Source of the DNA: Octopus sinensis
Taxonomy: Eukaryota
Assembly: GCF_006345805.1 (NCBI RefSeq)
Contig: NC_042999.1
Coordinates: 76,880,001 to 76,944,000 of the forward strand
Direction of reading: 5' to 3'
Length of the DNA stretch: 64,000 bases
Position 1 is the stretch's first letter. Every line of letters begins with the position of its first letter. The translations under genes were made by a program, and so were the position numbers. Below, piece by piece: positions 13,101 to 28,036 of this stretch. The notes under the pieces were generated by a model that was not told where the DNA came from, ran no database searches, and worked only from the letters and a program-made list of their open reading frames with translations.

Positions 13101-14124
13101 TTCATGTATGTATGTGTATACACATAATTATACATGCAAGAATTCGTTTGTGATAAGTCGTCAATGTTATTCTTGTGCTATATCTCATTCTGTAAAAGAG
13201 TCATTATTCTCTAAATGGGCAGTTTGTGGGAATTTTACAGTTACAACCGAGTAATTGAATTTGATTTTGGCTAAATGGATATCTTAGATTATTGAGAGAG
13301 ATCTTCGAAGTGCGATAGACACAACATGAGTAGCTAGCTCACACTCGTGCTAATGGAGTTGAAATGTGGTATTTATGAGTGATTGTGAAGTAAATATTCA
13401 AATTTCCTGTAACAGTAGTTGTTTTGTTGCTTAGTCTAAATTGGTTCAAATCGAGCAGAACTATGATCAGAAGCATTCGATCTATGACCATCTAGTTCTA
13501 TATTCAGCCATAATGTAAACCGAAGTATATTATCAAATGTGTTTCTATGATGATATAATACAGATTGGGAGAAAAATGACCAGCTAGAATATCCCACATA
13601 GCAAGCAAATGTGGACAATTTGCATATGAACCATTGGGCTAAAGGTTATGAAAATGTAAGATAAAAAGGCTAAGCTGAGAAAACGGATGTAAAATAATTG
13701 AAAATGGAGCAATCAAAGTTATGTTGGAAATATCAGTTTCACTGACTTCCTTTTAAAGAAAAAAGGGATTGTCCAAGTGGATGTTCGACCTGTTCGAAAT
13801 AGCAGCTAAACCTCCTTCAAATCACGCTCACTGTCTTAAAATCGTCTAACATGTTGACTAATATTGACTTACATATATATATTCATATATTATGTATGTA
13901 TTAAAAGTTTGGGTAAGTTTTCCTGATACAGCAAATAGCTGATCGTTGAGATGTTTCAATTCTGAGTTATGAAGCATTTGAACAATCAGATAATTTTGCA
14001 TGAAAAACTTTTATTGATGCAAATATCAGTCAAATAGTTAATAAAATATTTAACCTCAACACGTGCCACGTGCCTTTTTTGTTTCGTTTGTTCAAATGCA
14101 TATTCACATGTGTGTGTATCTATG

Positions 14125-14520
<396 letters not shown>

Positions 14521-14819
14521 GAATGCATGCATGTGCGTATTTGTATATAGTCTGAATAAAAACATTGATAAGATCTTTTTCCGTTTGACGTACAGAGTTC
14601 AATTTTATGAAGAAATCCTTCATTGATGTAGTTTGGCTACAAATAACAAAAATCACGACATTTTTTTTTTTAAATAAATTTGAAACAAATAATAAAAACG
14701 TTGCGAAACTTTAAAGATGAAAACTTTTTACTATCTAGTCAATCAGATTTGTCTATTCACGATATTCTGTCCAGCAAAAGTTATTTGTATATGTTCCTAT
14801 AGCAACCAGTCTGGAGGAT

Positions 14820-14900
14820 CGGGTTATGGTTGTACTTAAGGTTGCTGTTCAGGGTTAGGGTTCAGGATTAGGCTGAAGGATTAAGATTTAGGGTTAGGTT
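14820..14900 (+). repeat. Degenerate TTAGGG-like patch
   Basis: GGGTTAGGGTTCAGGATTAGG...TTTAGGGTTAGGTT. Confidence 0.5.
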
Positions 14901-16499
14901 GAGAGTGAGTTTGTAGTGCATCGCATAATTTAATTTCAAATGTGAATTTGTTATTTCAACCATCAAATATTTCGTCTTTAAATGTTTTGTAATGTTTTTG
15001 TTATTACTTTTTAAAACAAATAACAATTTGTTCATGTCTCATTAAGACACTAAAACAGGGCAAAACACAAAAAAAACAGTTCTTCCTATACCGTCGCTAC
15101 GGTATGAATATATAGATCTGAAAGGCTAAAATTACAAAAAATTTCATGTGTTAAATGTTCGAAACTTTTTCATTATTAATTTCTGAAAAGGAAAATGGTT
15201 GTGATATTTGAGATCGGTATGTAAGAATTACAACAGTATAGAAATTCAAAATATAAGCAGGCATCACAAATAAAAAATATCTCATTGATGTCATTACAGT
15301 TGAAAGGACTTTTATTATATACCAGCTTGATTGGACCTGACCTATTTACTTGAAATTTCTCTCTCATAATGATTTCTCTCTTTTCTGTTTGAACATTAAA
15401 ACTATATTTCCGTTAAATATGGAGAAAATAACAAATGCATGTTACATCATATGTGCTACAACCAATTCTAAAAACTTAGTTTTCAGAGATGAAACTATTA
15501 GTAAAAGTGAATTCCCCATCTTTATTCGTTACCGTTAAGAACAGAAGTAGCATATTAATTTTTATGATATTCAAAATTACTCAAACCCTTCTCTATTCCT
15601 GTCTGTTTTATACGTGTCTCTCCCCAACACCTCCTCTATCTATCTATCTATCTAATTATCTGTCTGTCTGCCTGCCTCAATCTCTTTCTCATTCCTTTTC
15701 TTTCCTTCTATTCCCTGATAGTAGCACCTTTCTAGTGCTGGTTTTGTGCACTGAATGATTTGATTTCGGCACCGCAAATGCTGAAACCTAAACCTTAACT
15801 AATGGAATGGGAATTATACAGTTCGCACAGCTAGTTCAAATTCTGCTTAAGTCTATTTTTAAATTACATCCCTACAAGTTCAACAAAGTAAACATCAGTA
15901 ATATACCTGAACACCATATTTAAAACGCACCTGCCTTTCCAAATATTATCCAAGGAAATCAGAAATTCTAAAAGCAAAGCCAGGATTTGGGCTGCAGCGC
16001 TCCATATAATGAACTACAATCACCTTTCTTACAAAACTGCTTCTGGAGTAATTTCCTATGGCAAAAATACACATCAATAGTACTTCCTTCATATAAAATA
16101 TCAACATTTAGAAAGAAAATTAATTGACAATACGGTTTATATATCAAACGGATGTCCTGCTCCAGTCTCAAAAATTAAATATTGAATTTTTTATAAAGTT
16201 GTATTAAATAATGCGGGCTAATATTTCATTTTATATGATGAAACGTATTAAAATTTAAATAATTTTCTTTCAGATTTTATCGATTCTACTTGGAATGAGA
16301 ATAGTTTTAAGACAAAAATTCCGCGACAAATTTACGAAAAGACCTTTTGTTTAGCTGTGTGCAGAACACCATTGTAATCATGACGAAATACATAAGAAAA
16401 AACTTATAGTTGTTTATATTGTACTGAGTCAAGATTTTTGCAATATTTTGGGAGCTTATTTTCTTTATTCAAGTTACAAAAGAAGCAGCCAAGCATTCA

Positions 16500-17230
16500 A
16501 AGTAGAGGCCATCGTATGACGCCACCTGCCTGAAGCTACCTCACTGTCACTTCTTTGAGCCCATGCTGACACAAGTCCTTGTCCTTGGGAGAGAGCTCCT
16601 TCACTAAAGCTTCCACCTCCACCTGGTTGATGAAGCGTCGTGAGCGCAGGAATTGAGCCATTGATCGGAACAAGTAATAAATCCAGATGAGTTATGTCCG
16701 GCTATACGCTGGTTCTGGCATCAGTTTGATTCCCTCAAGTTCCTGTGATTTATTCTGAATCGTTCGAGCGGTATGAAATCCTGCGTTGTCTTGCTGCAGA
16801 AGAGCTCGTTTTCTGTGAACCAATTCTGTTTTTGCCGCACAATGGTATACAACCGCTCCAGCTGTTAGGAGTACAAGTTAGCATCGATGGTTCAACCGTC
16901 TGGAACAAAATCGTAGTGAATTATCACTTCATAATTCCACCAGATGCGGAACGTCACCTTGTGTTCGAAACATTTGTATTTGGCGACAGGTTCCGGAAAC
17001 TGGCCCTTGCTTAATCTCTACTTATGCACGTTAGAATTGCAGATAAATATCTCCCTCGGGAGGCTATTTGTTCCGATCCATGGCTCGCTTCCTGCGTTCA
17101 CGACTCTTCATCAACCAAGAGGACGTGGAATCTTCAGTAAACGAAGTTTCCTCCTCGAAAGACAACAACTGGTATCAGCATGGAATCAAAGAACTGTAGG
17201 AAAGGTGGCCTCAGACGGTGCAGCACATTG
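16500..17230 (-). pseudogene. Mariner (DD34D-type) transposase relic
   Basis: Minus frames give KVTFRIWWNYEVIIHYDF, QQDNAGFHTA, PAYS, YYLFRSMAQFL (mariner HDNARPH and YSPDLAPSDYHLF motifs); stops and frameshifts. Confidence 0.85.
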
Positions 17231-17920
17231 GCCTCTACTTTGAATGATTGGCTGCTTTTGACGAATAAAGCAAATAAGTTACTAAATATTGTAAAACTTT
17301 TGACTCAATACAATAAAACTAGTTTAAATGACTGGTTTATAAACAACAACCATTTTCAAATTTAATTAAAAACATGTTGAGGTGTAATTTAGTTAGAAAT
17401 ACATTAATGGAAGAGTGAAAGAGGTTTTTTTTTTATAGGAAATAGTGGAATGTAATAAAGATCAGGATCAGCTTTAAAATGTTTTGGTAGGTGAGAAGGC
17501 TACGAATGTCAGATGTAAACAGCTAATTTTTTTTAAGAAAAGGTTTGCCAGTATAAAGATGAATCTCATGAGCTCGTGCCTTATAAGCTTTTGTATATGG
17601 TAGCTGATCATATACATACGATCCACCAAATACATAATTAACATAGCTCCTAATTATAAAGTCGATTAAGAATCATTCTTTCTGCAAACATCGATCATAT
17701 ATACCTTTCCATGCTGTCAGGCATCTAAGTCATGACCATCTCGTTTTTCTATTATTTGTAGCAGTAAGGCTAATCATGTATAGGCTCTCATGTTGTAACG
17801 TGTTAAGCGAGTGAAAATTAACTAATAACATAATACCATAAAGGGACCTCCCAGAACCAACACATGAGTGGTTTGTCTCCCTTTTGGGGAGGGGCAGAAT
17901 TATAATATGCTCTCCGTTTT

Positions 17921-17991
<71 letters not shown>

Positions 17992-18399
17992 CTTCATACT
18001 CATGATAAAATATACATAACTTAAGGAAACAGTAGAATCCATATAAACTAGTAATAGTCTGATACAACAAATAGTAATACAAAATGCTGGGATGAATTTT
18101 TATGTTGAGTGGAAGAGGAAAATTTTTAAATTTCGGGCAAGGTACTTCATCGGAGATAAAGATGGGGTAAGATTTCTGTTCAGAAGACCAGACCTCTCTT
18201 CTTCCTGGCTGAATACAAAATTTTTCCACTGTTTGAACTGTTTCTTCATGGCTTACTACTGTGTATCATGAGCAATTTAAGTTGTGTGAGAAAGATTTCA
18301 CAAATTTAAATTGTAAAATACTTGTTTTATATTCAAATGTAGTCTTTGATTTATTTAATTCGAAGATATCATCGAATATTGATGATTGATCTGTTGATA

Positions 18400-18612
18400 T
18401 TGTTAAGACGTAGGTGACAACTCTAATCGAGAAGACCTATTAACCAAAGATATTCAAGTGGATGCTATCCAACCTCTTTTCAGACATAGTGTATCTATTT
18501 CTTTGTCGAGTGTGTTGTCAATATTCTAAAACGGTATGGTGCAATTCCATGACCAGCATTTGCCTGTTATTTCTAACAGGCAAGCCACCACGTATAGACT
18601 CCCTCGTTGACC
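18400..18612 (+). repeat. Old interspersed repeat family E
   Basis: GACCTAT..CAAAG...TATTTCTA.CAGG...TAGA..CTCCCTCGTT. Related decayed copies near 13430-13850, 19530-19720, 24430-24520, 54520-55030(-) and 59250-59670. Confidence 0.6.
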
Positions 18613-19829
18613 TATGGAAAAGAGATCAGCACACTGAGTAAAACATAATCCTCAGATGGACAGTTTGGATTGTTTGGTTTTTGTGGAGTAGGGATTACGA
18701 TGCTCTGATAAATCTGAGATCTTATTGTTATGATAAGGACTACATTGCTGATCCTAAAAATTAAGTATGAGTAGAAAATAATGAAGTTGTCAGATAGCGT
18801 GATACTTTAAGGAACATTGTAGCAAGAGTCGATAGGTTATCATTAACCCTGTTTAATTTAAGGCTTAGATGACTAAAGTGATGATTCTATAGTAAATAAT
18901 TACTAAGGTATAAAACTATATAATTAACGAATCTAACAAAAGAGAGTTCTACGTCATTCGATAAAGATATTTTACTTTTATTACCTGACTTCTTTTGTCA
19001 GTGGAATATCACTAGTTTAGATTTATTGGCATTCAATGAATTAGTTGGAATTGGCTGTCTGAAGCCATTTACTGGCTGACTTAAGCTCAGAATTTAAGAT
19101 AATTTCAATTAGTACAATATACATCATATTTAAATAGCTGTGTAACGAAATCATTTGCATAAAATTAGAATAAGAAATTAACCTAAGCCAAATTATGACT
19201 CACTCTCCTTTTTTCGTTTTTATTCCTTATATATTTCAGTATCGTGTGTGGATACGTATGTCGTTGTAGTGGCGTTGTCGTTCCTACTGTTGTTGTGTAG
19301 TCCCAGAGGTCAGCAACGATCGAGATAGTCGACTACAAAGATAGTCGATTACACGATGATGAAGTATTACCCATAGATACATAGTGCGCAAATATGCCAT
19401 ACTCGTTCGGTTGCGCGCCATACTACACGTTCTAACATATAGTTAAATGTATGCGGTGATGTATGATTGCCTGAACATATTGTACTCTTTCCATGTACAG
19501 TCTGTTGTTGTCCAACATTTGTTGTCCCTAAATCAGTTTATATCGGCCAGACCTATCAGCAAAAGAATCCTAGTCAAGACCATCCACACTTATTTTCAAA
19601 CTTAGAATTTTTACAAATATGTTGTCTAATATTTTTTGGTCTTGTTCTGTTTTATTTTGGTCGGCAGGGTGAGATTTAAGGGAGGTTTTTAGTTTTGCAA
19701 CTATTTCTAGCTCCCTCGTAGACGTTGTCGATAGTCAGAGCAGTGGTAGGTAAGGAGAATTTGGTCCGAATACTACGACTGCTTCTACTCCTCCAGAATT
19801 ATTATTAGCATTCAGTAATGATAGCTAAA

Positions 19830-21700
19830 AGTGAACTTGTTACATTGAGTTGTGAGTCTTGGCTGTATTTGGAATATCAAATGTTTACCTTTGAGGATAG
19901 TTTCGGTAACCCGTCTCAAAAGGTGACGCTGCCAGGGATACTTAGCATAGGGATGTAGGGTATCTTTGCATAGCATATAGGTGTGCGGTGTGTAGTCACA
20001 ATAACGCATTTGTCAGACAGCCCGATAGGCACAAATGCAGCGATGGTTTAGTAGATATTGAGTGAGAATGGGATCTAGAATTTTGAAGAGTTTGTGTATT
20101 TGTGTATCAGTCAAGGATGAGTATGGAATATCAAATTAATTGATGTAGAAAGTTGAGGAATTGAGAATGATTCGGTTTCTGCATCGACATCAACAGCAAG
20201 ATGTTTATAGCTAATAAGTGCTCAGGGTGTTGAAGTGATTGAGAACGAGGATTTGGGAAGTGAAGTGAAGTATATGTAATCACTGCAGAAAGGGAAATAG
20301 TCGAAACTTGTGTGTGTGTGTGAATGTTTATGCTTGTCTGAAGGGAGTCAAAACAGTTTTTAGGATGCTGTTGTAGCGGTGTTATAGATGTGCTTCTTAG
20401 AGGTTATGTTGCATATAGAGACAAAAAGACTGTTGACACTGAAGTTTGCTGCAGTAACCAACTGTGTCTCTCGCATATCTATATTTTGTGTGTAAAAGTC
20501 TATATATGTGGTCCTGCTGGAGTCTATAATGATTTAGAAGTGTATTGCTGCGTGTTTTTGTAGTTTGTTATGATTTCTCTTTGAGAGACTGAAAGCCTAA
20601 GCAGGACTGCTATACGCCATATTAAATCGAATGCATAACTTCTACACTGACGTTGTTATACATTTCTGTTGGACAAAGTGGCACTTTGTAAGTCCTGTAA
20701 GTATGTTTTTGCGTCGTTTCATAGTTCGTTTATTTGCTTTTACTGTCTTCAACGTGTAAAGAGAATGTCGTGAAGGAGGCGTGTGTAGTTCCTAGTATTT
20801 TTGTTGTTACTGTTGTTGTTGTTTTTCTTCTTCTTCTTCTTCTTCTTCTTCTTCTTCTTCTTCTTCTTCTTCTTCTTCTTCTGCTTGTCTTTAAGTACCA
20901 CTCATCTCTTCTCTTTAGGAGTGACGAGTTTACATTATCCGATTTGTAGTTTGATTTGAGATACATTTGACTGCTGTTTCTAGCATATATAGCAACCATG
21001 TAGGGTCTCCCATGTGTGATATTCATGTTTATGAATATGATGGTTGATCATAATTGATATTTTTTGAAGATGAAAGATAATAGCTAAAGCAGATGCCACT
21101 TCAAGTCTATTAATTTGGAGCCAAGTTTCTGGATTGTTGAAGTTGTACAGTAATGTATGAGGGGTGGTGGGAAAAGGGAAGAGGTGACTGCGTGCCCTCT
21201 GTGTATGAGAGAGTAAGTTTTGAAAGTGTGTGTGGAGGTTGTATGGGTACAGATTTTAGACATGTTAGATGAGAGAATGCTTGTGACAGTTTATTCGAAA
21301 AATGTTGATCTTAGATATGCTGCTTATATTGCATAGGTTTAGCGACCCCTAGATAGCTTGCTATCCATGTTTTCTGCTGTTTCATGAGAAGATTTAGATT
21401 ATTTACATCTATGTGCTAGTCGGAAGCTAAAATGGAAAGCTTTGCGAATGACAAAGTAGTGTGTATATGGCTGCTTTTGTTGTTCAAGTCGTCACATGTT
21501 TTTTTGTAAATAGTGTGGTCGTTCATTGAAGTTACCTGTGCCAGATTCTGTTTTAGTGTGGAAAATATGCTGGTTAAGGACCCATAAAAGAATTGAAACT
21601 GTGCATTTGAGATTACTGAGCCTTTGAACTCATACTTCAGTTGAAATTCTGCTAAGCTTTAGAATTTTGATTACTTTTGTCCAGTTTTCATAGTATAAGT
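19830..21700 (-). mobile_element. Decayed non-LTR retrotransposon (Ingi/I-like), RT to 3' end
   Basis: Minus frame near 20480-20620 reads YSSPA*AFSLSKRNHNKLQ (cf. YASPAW..LSKTNxxKLQ). The 3' part matches 22080-22610. Interrupted by (CTT)n at 20825-20880. Confidence 0.6.
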
Positions 21701-22079
21701 ATTTGGTTGTGTTGATGCGAGTAGTTGTTTTTCCAAGACATTTTTAACCCCAAGCCTCACAGAACAGACATGTAATCAAAGGCATGCACAATTCTCCCTT
21801 TTATTGTCTAACAATTTTGAACTCTGGCTCAATCCAGATCCTACACAACACTTCTTACTAGCATGAAAACCACATATGCTCTTTCTCTTCGGTATACCTA
21901 TGTTCCAACCGTCATCTATACTCCCTTTCTACTCACACTTCGCTCCAAAAATGCGATGTCCCTGCATATGTAAATTCCATTCCTCTCGCCACTGATTTCT
22001 CTTTCATTTGAATATCAGCAACAAAATTTCCAGTTATTCTGGAATATCTCAATATATCTGCTTTCTCTGCCACTCTGCA

Positions 22080-22612
22080 AACTTCACCAACTACTAACAA
22101 GTTCGACTATATCTCTTTCTACGTTAAGGAAATATACCTCATTTTACTTCTCAAGTCCTCGTTCTCAATCACTTCAACACTCTGAGCACTTGTTAGCGAT
22201 AAGCATCATGCTGCCGCTGTCGATGTAGATACAGAATCTTTCCCATTTCCTCAACTTTCTACATCAATTAATTTAATACTCCATACTCATCCTTAAGTGA
22301 TACACAAATACACAAACTCTTCAAAGTTCTTAATCACTCTCTCACCCAATATTTACTAAACCATCACTGTCTTTGTGCCTATCAGGCTGACAAATGCATT
22401 ATTGTGACTACCCACCACACACCTACATACTATGCAAAGATGCCCTACATCCCTATGCAAAGTATCCCTAGCAGAGTCACCTTTTCAGACGGGTTACTGA
22501 AACTATTTTGCTGTGTCTAGGGAGAGTCATTATGCCAACATATCCTCTGAGGTAAACAATCGATATTCCAAACACAACCAAGGCTCACAACCCTATGTCT
22601 AAGTTCACTTAT
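22080..22612 (+). mobile_element. Second copy of the same LINE 3' end, inverted relative to 19830-20310
   Basis: TGATACACAAATACACAAACTCTTCAAA and CCCTACATCCCTATGC..AGTATCCCT match the reverse complement of 19830-20310. Confidence 0.8.
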
Positions 22613-22649
22613 AGCTGCGCAGTCTATGGCGTTTAGAGGACATTGCTAA

Positions 22650-24340
22650 TCCCTATAAACTAGTTGACTCTTACTCAGAATCCCAACTCCTCAAGATCCA
22701 TCATCCGAACACGAATAGTACCTCCGTTTATCAAACCATATGCTAACCTTCCCGTTTTCCAACCGGTATCCCATTGTTTTAGTTTATTGACAAAAGGCTC
22801 AATACCAACTATGTGGAATTATCCTCCTCGTCTCCAATTCTCAAAACCAACGATGGTTCTGTAAGAAGTACATCTTCAGAGGTTTCCACATTTGCTGTTC
22901 GTTTTACATCTAACTACACACTACAAACCATAAATATATTTCCTGCAAAACTATGTCTTTTTACCTCACCAGTATTACAATCAACGTACACACATATGCC
23001 AAATACGAATCAACAAGGTCATCGGACCTAACAATTTCCCTTTTTATTTCCTAACTATTGGCTCTAGAACTACCTAATATCATCACCAAATTCGATCTCT
23101 TTCTTTCTCTCTCGGGATCAATTCAAATCTTTACAAACATTGCATTGCGTCCTATTCATAAGAAGTGCAATCCCTTTGACCCTGCTAGCTTCTCTCAATC
23201 GCAATTACTTCCAGCATATCAAAGCTTTTGGAGACAATCATTAACAGCAACCTCCATCATTTGAATCTCTTCACTCCCTTAATGATCATCAATATGGCTC
23301 TTTTAAACCCAGCTTTACTGCTCTCCTATGTCATTCTCCTGTGAGATTTCGCCCACTAGAAATTTTGTGAAAGTAATTTTGTAAAAGTAATTGACCTCAA
23401 TATCAGCAAAATTTCTGATCGTGGTCGGCAGGCGAATCTCCTTGCAAAACTGTTTGCCTTTTAAAAACTGGTTCTATGCGTCTCTAGTCTCAATGATCAG
23501 TGGTTTCCTGTCAGTTCGCACCATGCGCTGATGGATCTCTCTCTGACCCCATTCTGTCAACCTTAGAATGCGCCCACACACTTTCTTCTACACATGAACG
23601 GTTCACTTACCAACCCACTCCTATGCAAACAATGCGTTAATTCTTTCTTAACTTTCTGCACACATGCAATCTGGTGACTTCGCGCCAGACCGGTACTGGC
23701 TAAAGGAGAAATATTAAAACGTCCTCTAATGGAGCCATGCCAAAATTGTCTCCTTTACTGGACATCTCAATCATTGCACATATCAAGAAGATATATTCGA
23801 ATGGCACCATCACCAGCCTAAACATAAGCTGCACACAACTAGTACTTTCATTATCGCTTCAAATTCTAGACCTCATCATCACTGAAACTCTCGCCTGACT
23901 AACCCACAACCCTATCATAGCAAAAACTGTATCTCAAAATTTCGCCTTCCTCTTTACAGCCAGAAAATACTTTATCTCCAACAACTACTAATTCTCTACA
24001 ATACACAGGGCAGGGGACGGCCGTATGGATGTCTTAGACTACATCCGAAGAAAGGCCCTTTTACTGATTAGCTCATTAGTACACTCCAATCTCTATCCCA
24101 CAGATGTAATATCCTTTCCTTCAACCCCTTCTATTTTATCACGGTTGTTCCTGCTTTTCAGAACTGACTGGTTTCGTACCACATTCACTCGTCACTTCTC
24201 CTCTGGTCAACTCCATTTTTCCCCCTCCCTCGAACTCATTCTATCAACTACATGCATTCCTTTCTTGTCGCAACGCGAGCCATCTGCAATTCTTCTTTGC
24301 ACATCTTTTTCCTGCAACTGCCCAGAGGTAGAACATTAAC
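22650..24340 (+). mobile_element. Jockey/CR1-group LINE reverse transcriptase relic
   Basis: Fragments AITSSISKLLETIINSN, NDHQYG and LNISKISDRGRQANLLAKL (cf. LDISKAFDRVWH); many lesions. Confidence 0.8.
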
Positions 24341-25805
24341 GAAGTCATTCATATAGATTTTGGATGGAGTATGAAGGCCATAAAAAACAGCCGCTTCCTC
24401 CAGATTAAAATATTAAAAAAAAAATATGCACTTCTTTTCTAAGATAGTATGGGGTTTGATAGAGATTTGACTACTATTTCTAGAGGGTCAAACAACCGCA
24501 TAGAGTCTCTCTCATTGATTTGTTGCTCCAATAGTTTTAGATGTTTAGTGACTAATGGGCAGTATATTTTATGTATATGATGTAATTTTGTCTGACCTTA
24601 GAGGTTTTCCATTTAAGATTTCCTTATAGCTTTTCTTGTGTGTTGTAGAAGAAAGTGTTCGCAGTCATTATCAATGTGGAAGGTGTGTATTTTACATTTT
24701 TGTGTTCCTTTCTTCTGCATGTATTTTCCGAAAGTATTTGCTAAGGATATTTGCTTGTTGCTGGATCATTGCGTGTTATCTGAAGTTGTTATTATGAGAT
24801 ATGATATGATGCGGTCATTAATGATTTTGCATGGTATCTAACTGTTTAGGGTTTTGTGTTAGATACAAATGTTTAACAGTTCTATATTTATCACAGGCTT
24901 ATTTTATGATATTTCCTTGTTCAGTTACCTGGGGGCTGAGTTTCATTTCGGTTATGTGTGGTGTTAATGTATTGCTTTTAGTTTGTTTGTTTTTTTATCA
25001 AGGTAGCTATTTCAATTGTGTAATTGAGGTTGTATGTTTTATGTTGCCTTTTGGGATTTTTTTATAGCTTCAAGCGTCTTTAATTCATGTACATGAATGT
25101 AGCACATACATTCAACAAGCCAATAGGTGTCCATACTTGATTGTAGCAAATACATTCAAATACATGGACACGTATTGTTTATGAGTAGTTTGCGTATGCA
25201 ATAAATACCATGATACTAAAGTTTTCACGAATAATCTGATAGTGTACATTGTCAAAAACTTTCACTAAATCTTCCGGCACAAAGAGACGTGACATTATAG
25301 TCAATGTCTAAGGGAGATAATTTATTCAACAAAGTTTTCTTTCAATAAAATATATAAAAGCATTCTAAAAGTATAAAAATTACTCATACGAAAATTATTA
25401 CATCTTTTCTCTATAATTTAGGAAATTCTGCATCGATAGAAAGAAAGTGCCTACTCCAAACTCAGAGGAAATCATTGAAAAAGTAAAACTGAATTAACTG
25501 TAAGAGAAATTTATTTACAGAATGTGAAGTTCAAATCTAATCTAAAAGGAAATAGACATACTTTTTTTATATAATGGATGCACCAATGATCGTAAAATAC
25601 TCTACTTGTCGATCTGTATTGAAAGGCCAACAGTTGTGTGTGCGTGTGTTGGTTTGATTTAGTTGTTTATTCCTTTATTCAAATTGTTCTGAATTCGTAT
25701 TACATTGCAAAAGAAAGAAATAAACAAATTACTTTGCAACGGAAACACTACCAAACGGATGACATCTGGTGTTCCTTAAAATTAGCTCCACTTATCTATA
25801 TATAT

Positions 25806-25855
<50 letters not shown>

Positions 25856-28036
25856 ACACTAGTGCTTCTTTATTGTTCTGTTGAGAAATCTACATCATTA
25901 AATAAATAAATAAATAAATGCAATTTCAACGAACTGACTGGTCGTGGTCGGAACTATCATGGTGAGTGTTAACATGAAACCGTATGCTTCAAATTTAACC
26001 TCAGCACAGATGTAATATAATGATATTTTATGGCCTTCATCATCTAATTTTCTCGCTGATAAAAGTCTCAGGAAAAAAAGTACAACTTTTGCTGTTAACA
26101 AGTGTTGAGATAAGTGTTTTAGTGTGAATAGTTATGCTGAGAATATTACTGTAATCCTTTCTAAAATAATATATATTCACATACACATGGATATATATCC
26201 ATATATATATATATATATATATATATCCATATGCGTGCTTGTATGTATGTTCTCTTCATGATTAAATTTATGGTGTTCATTTTGACCCGCTGCCTTTTTA
26301 GTGACAAGGTTCTAAAGTGAATACGGAAAAAAAGGCCTTTCTTGTTCTTTTCGTTATCTTACGTAAATATTCACTCATTACATTTTAAGGCTTCCCATAT
26401 TAGCTGCTTGTTTCCACAACAGAGAATATTTTCATTTTGTGGTCCCGAACAGTTTCTTTTAATTTGGTTGCTGTTTGTATTTTTAGATTTTAGCAACATT
26501 CTTTTGATCCGTCGGCTTCAATATGTTCCTCTATATTGGTTGTTTTTATTCCTTTTTGTATTTTCGTTACAAATTGCTCTGACTGCTACATCATATCTAA
26601 TAAAATATTAGTATCCCAAAGACAATCTCTCACAGTCGCAATGATATGGCTCTGTTTTTAACTTTGTTTTTAATACACTGCGTTTGTTATCGTTTGTCTT
26701 TTGAGTAAAGGTACTTAGTGGGAATTTTTTTTTTCCTGGGTAGTATAGAGATAAACATAAAGTGGAATGTTATGCGTATAAGGATACAATATCAGAGACA
26801 CTTCGTAGTTTTATTTTGGTTTTCTTTTTTCGTTAGTTTTAAGTGCTCATATAGAACTTCTAAGTAAACTGGTTTATACATTATGTAGGTCTTTCTTATC
26901 CAATAGTTTGTTTTTCTAAAAGCAAAGTTGCTGTTCTCAAACCAAGAATCAAAGGTTCACTCGTACTAATTTTGGCGATCATAACTACATGTATTGAATT
27001 ACATACTGAACAATAGAAAGTCTCTCATATTTTTCAATATTCTATATACAGATTGAATTTGCAAAACAGATATCAAGGCCCGCAGTTTGTTTATTTGAGA
27101 ACCCCGACTTAATCTGTAAGGATTTATGTTCTTGTTCTTTTAATCCTTTGAACTCTATGTTACTGTAGCAGATTGTTTCTAATTAAGAAAAAAGCTCTAT
27201 CATCGGCATTTTGAAAACATGAAAGGAAAACTACTAATGCATATTTTTAAAGTTACGCTTACAAACTGAAATTGTAGATTATATGTAAGATGATATCTTT
27301 CTTTGCTTGAAGACTCAAACGTTTCAACATTCAATAACTAACCAAATGCACCAATTATTACAGATATAATTATATTTATATGATACAGACAGAGAAACTG
27401 CAGATTACGAAGCATTTGAGCATAAATGTTTTCGTTCACTCTGCTGTTGACTGAATCGTTCACACCCGTTTGACAGCTAACTTCCCCAACGGCGCACAGT
27501 TTTTATTTTCTGTTCCGAACAATTATGTCAAGCCTGCCAGGTAGTTTTGTAGAACCGAAATACAAACTCAAGATCGTGGAAGTAACACCCTAACCAGTGG
27601 CTCACGCGCCTATTGATGTGTTTGTTCGTGTGCGAGCGTGTGTTTGTATGTGCGCACGCGAGGGTGTGGATGTTTGTATTTATGTATGTATATATATTTT
27701 TAAGAGGCTGAAAAGTTATGCAAATAACTGTTGACTGAAGGGTTGAGAGTGTCGTGTCTGTTTGCCTGTGTGTCTGTTTGTATTTGGAGAATGTCAAAAC
27801 AAATTACCGATGAAACCAATAAAGGACATATATGTTTGTACTTATATTTACGATGCATAAAGCCCCACAGGACATTGGCAGTAATAGAAGTAACAAGTTA
27901 TCATTCACCGAATTACAGCCACAAACGAAATTGATCTCATCATTATTAACCAGAGAAACACGTCGACTTTACAGAACTATTTATAGCAAAGTTCTCTGCA
28001 TAATTAAAATTATATCTAACTATATTCCACTCGCAT

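Noticed and set aside
14820-14900. Interstitial telomere or fusion site
   Set aside because: Only a few degenerate units; more likely part of a repeat element.
18095-18250. Short minus-strand ORF (MKKQFKQWKNF...) and a CCGATGA..GAAA motif
   Set aside because: About 50 aa with no recognisable homology; the hammerhead stems do not pair.
25422-25499. Possible exon between TTTAG and GTAAGA
   Set aside because: Stops in all three frames and weak support.
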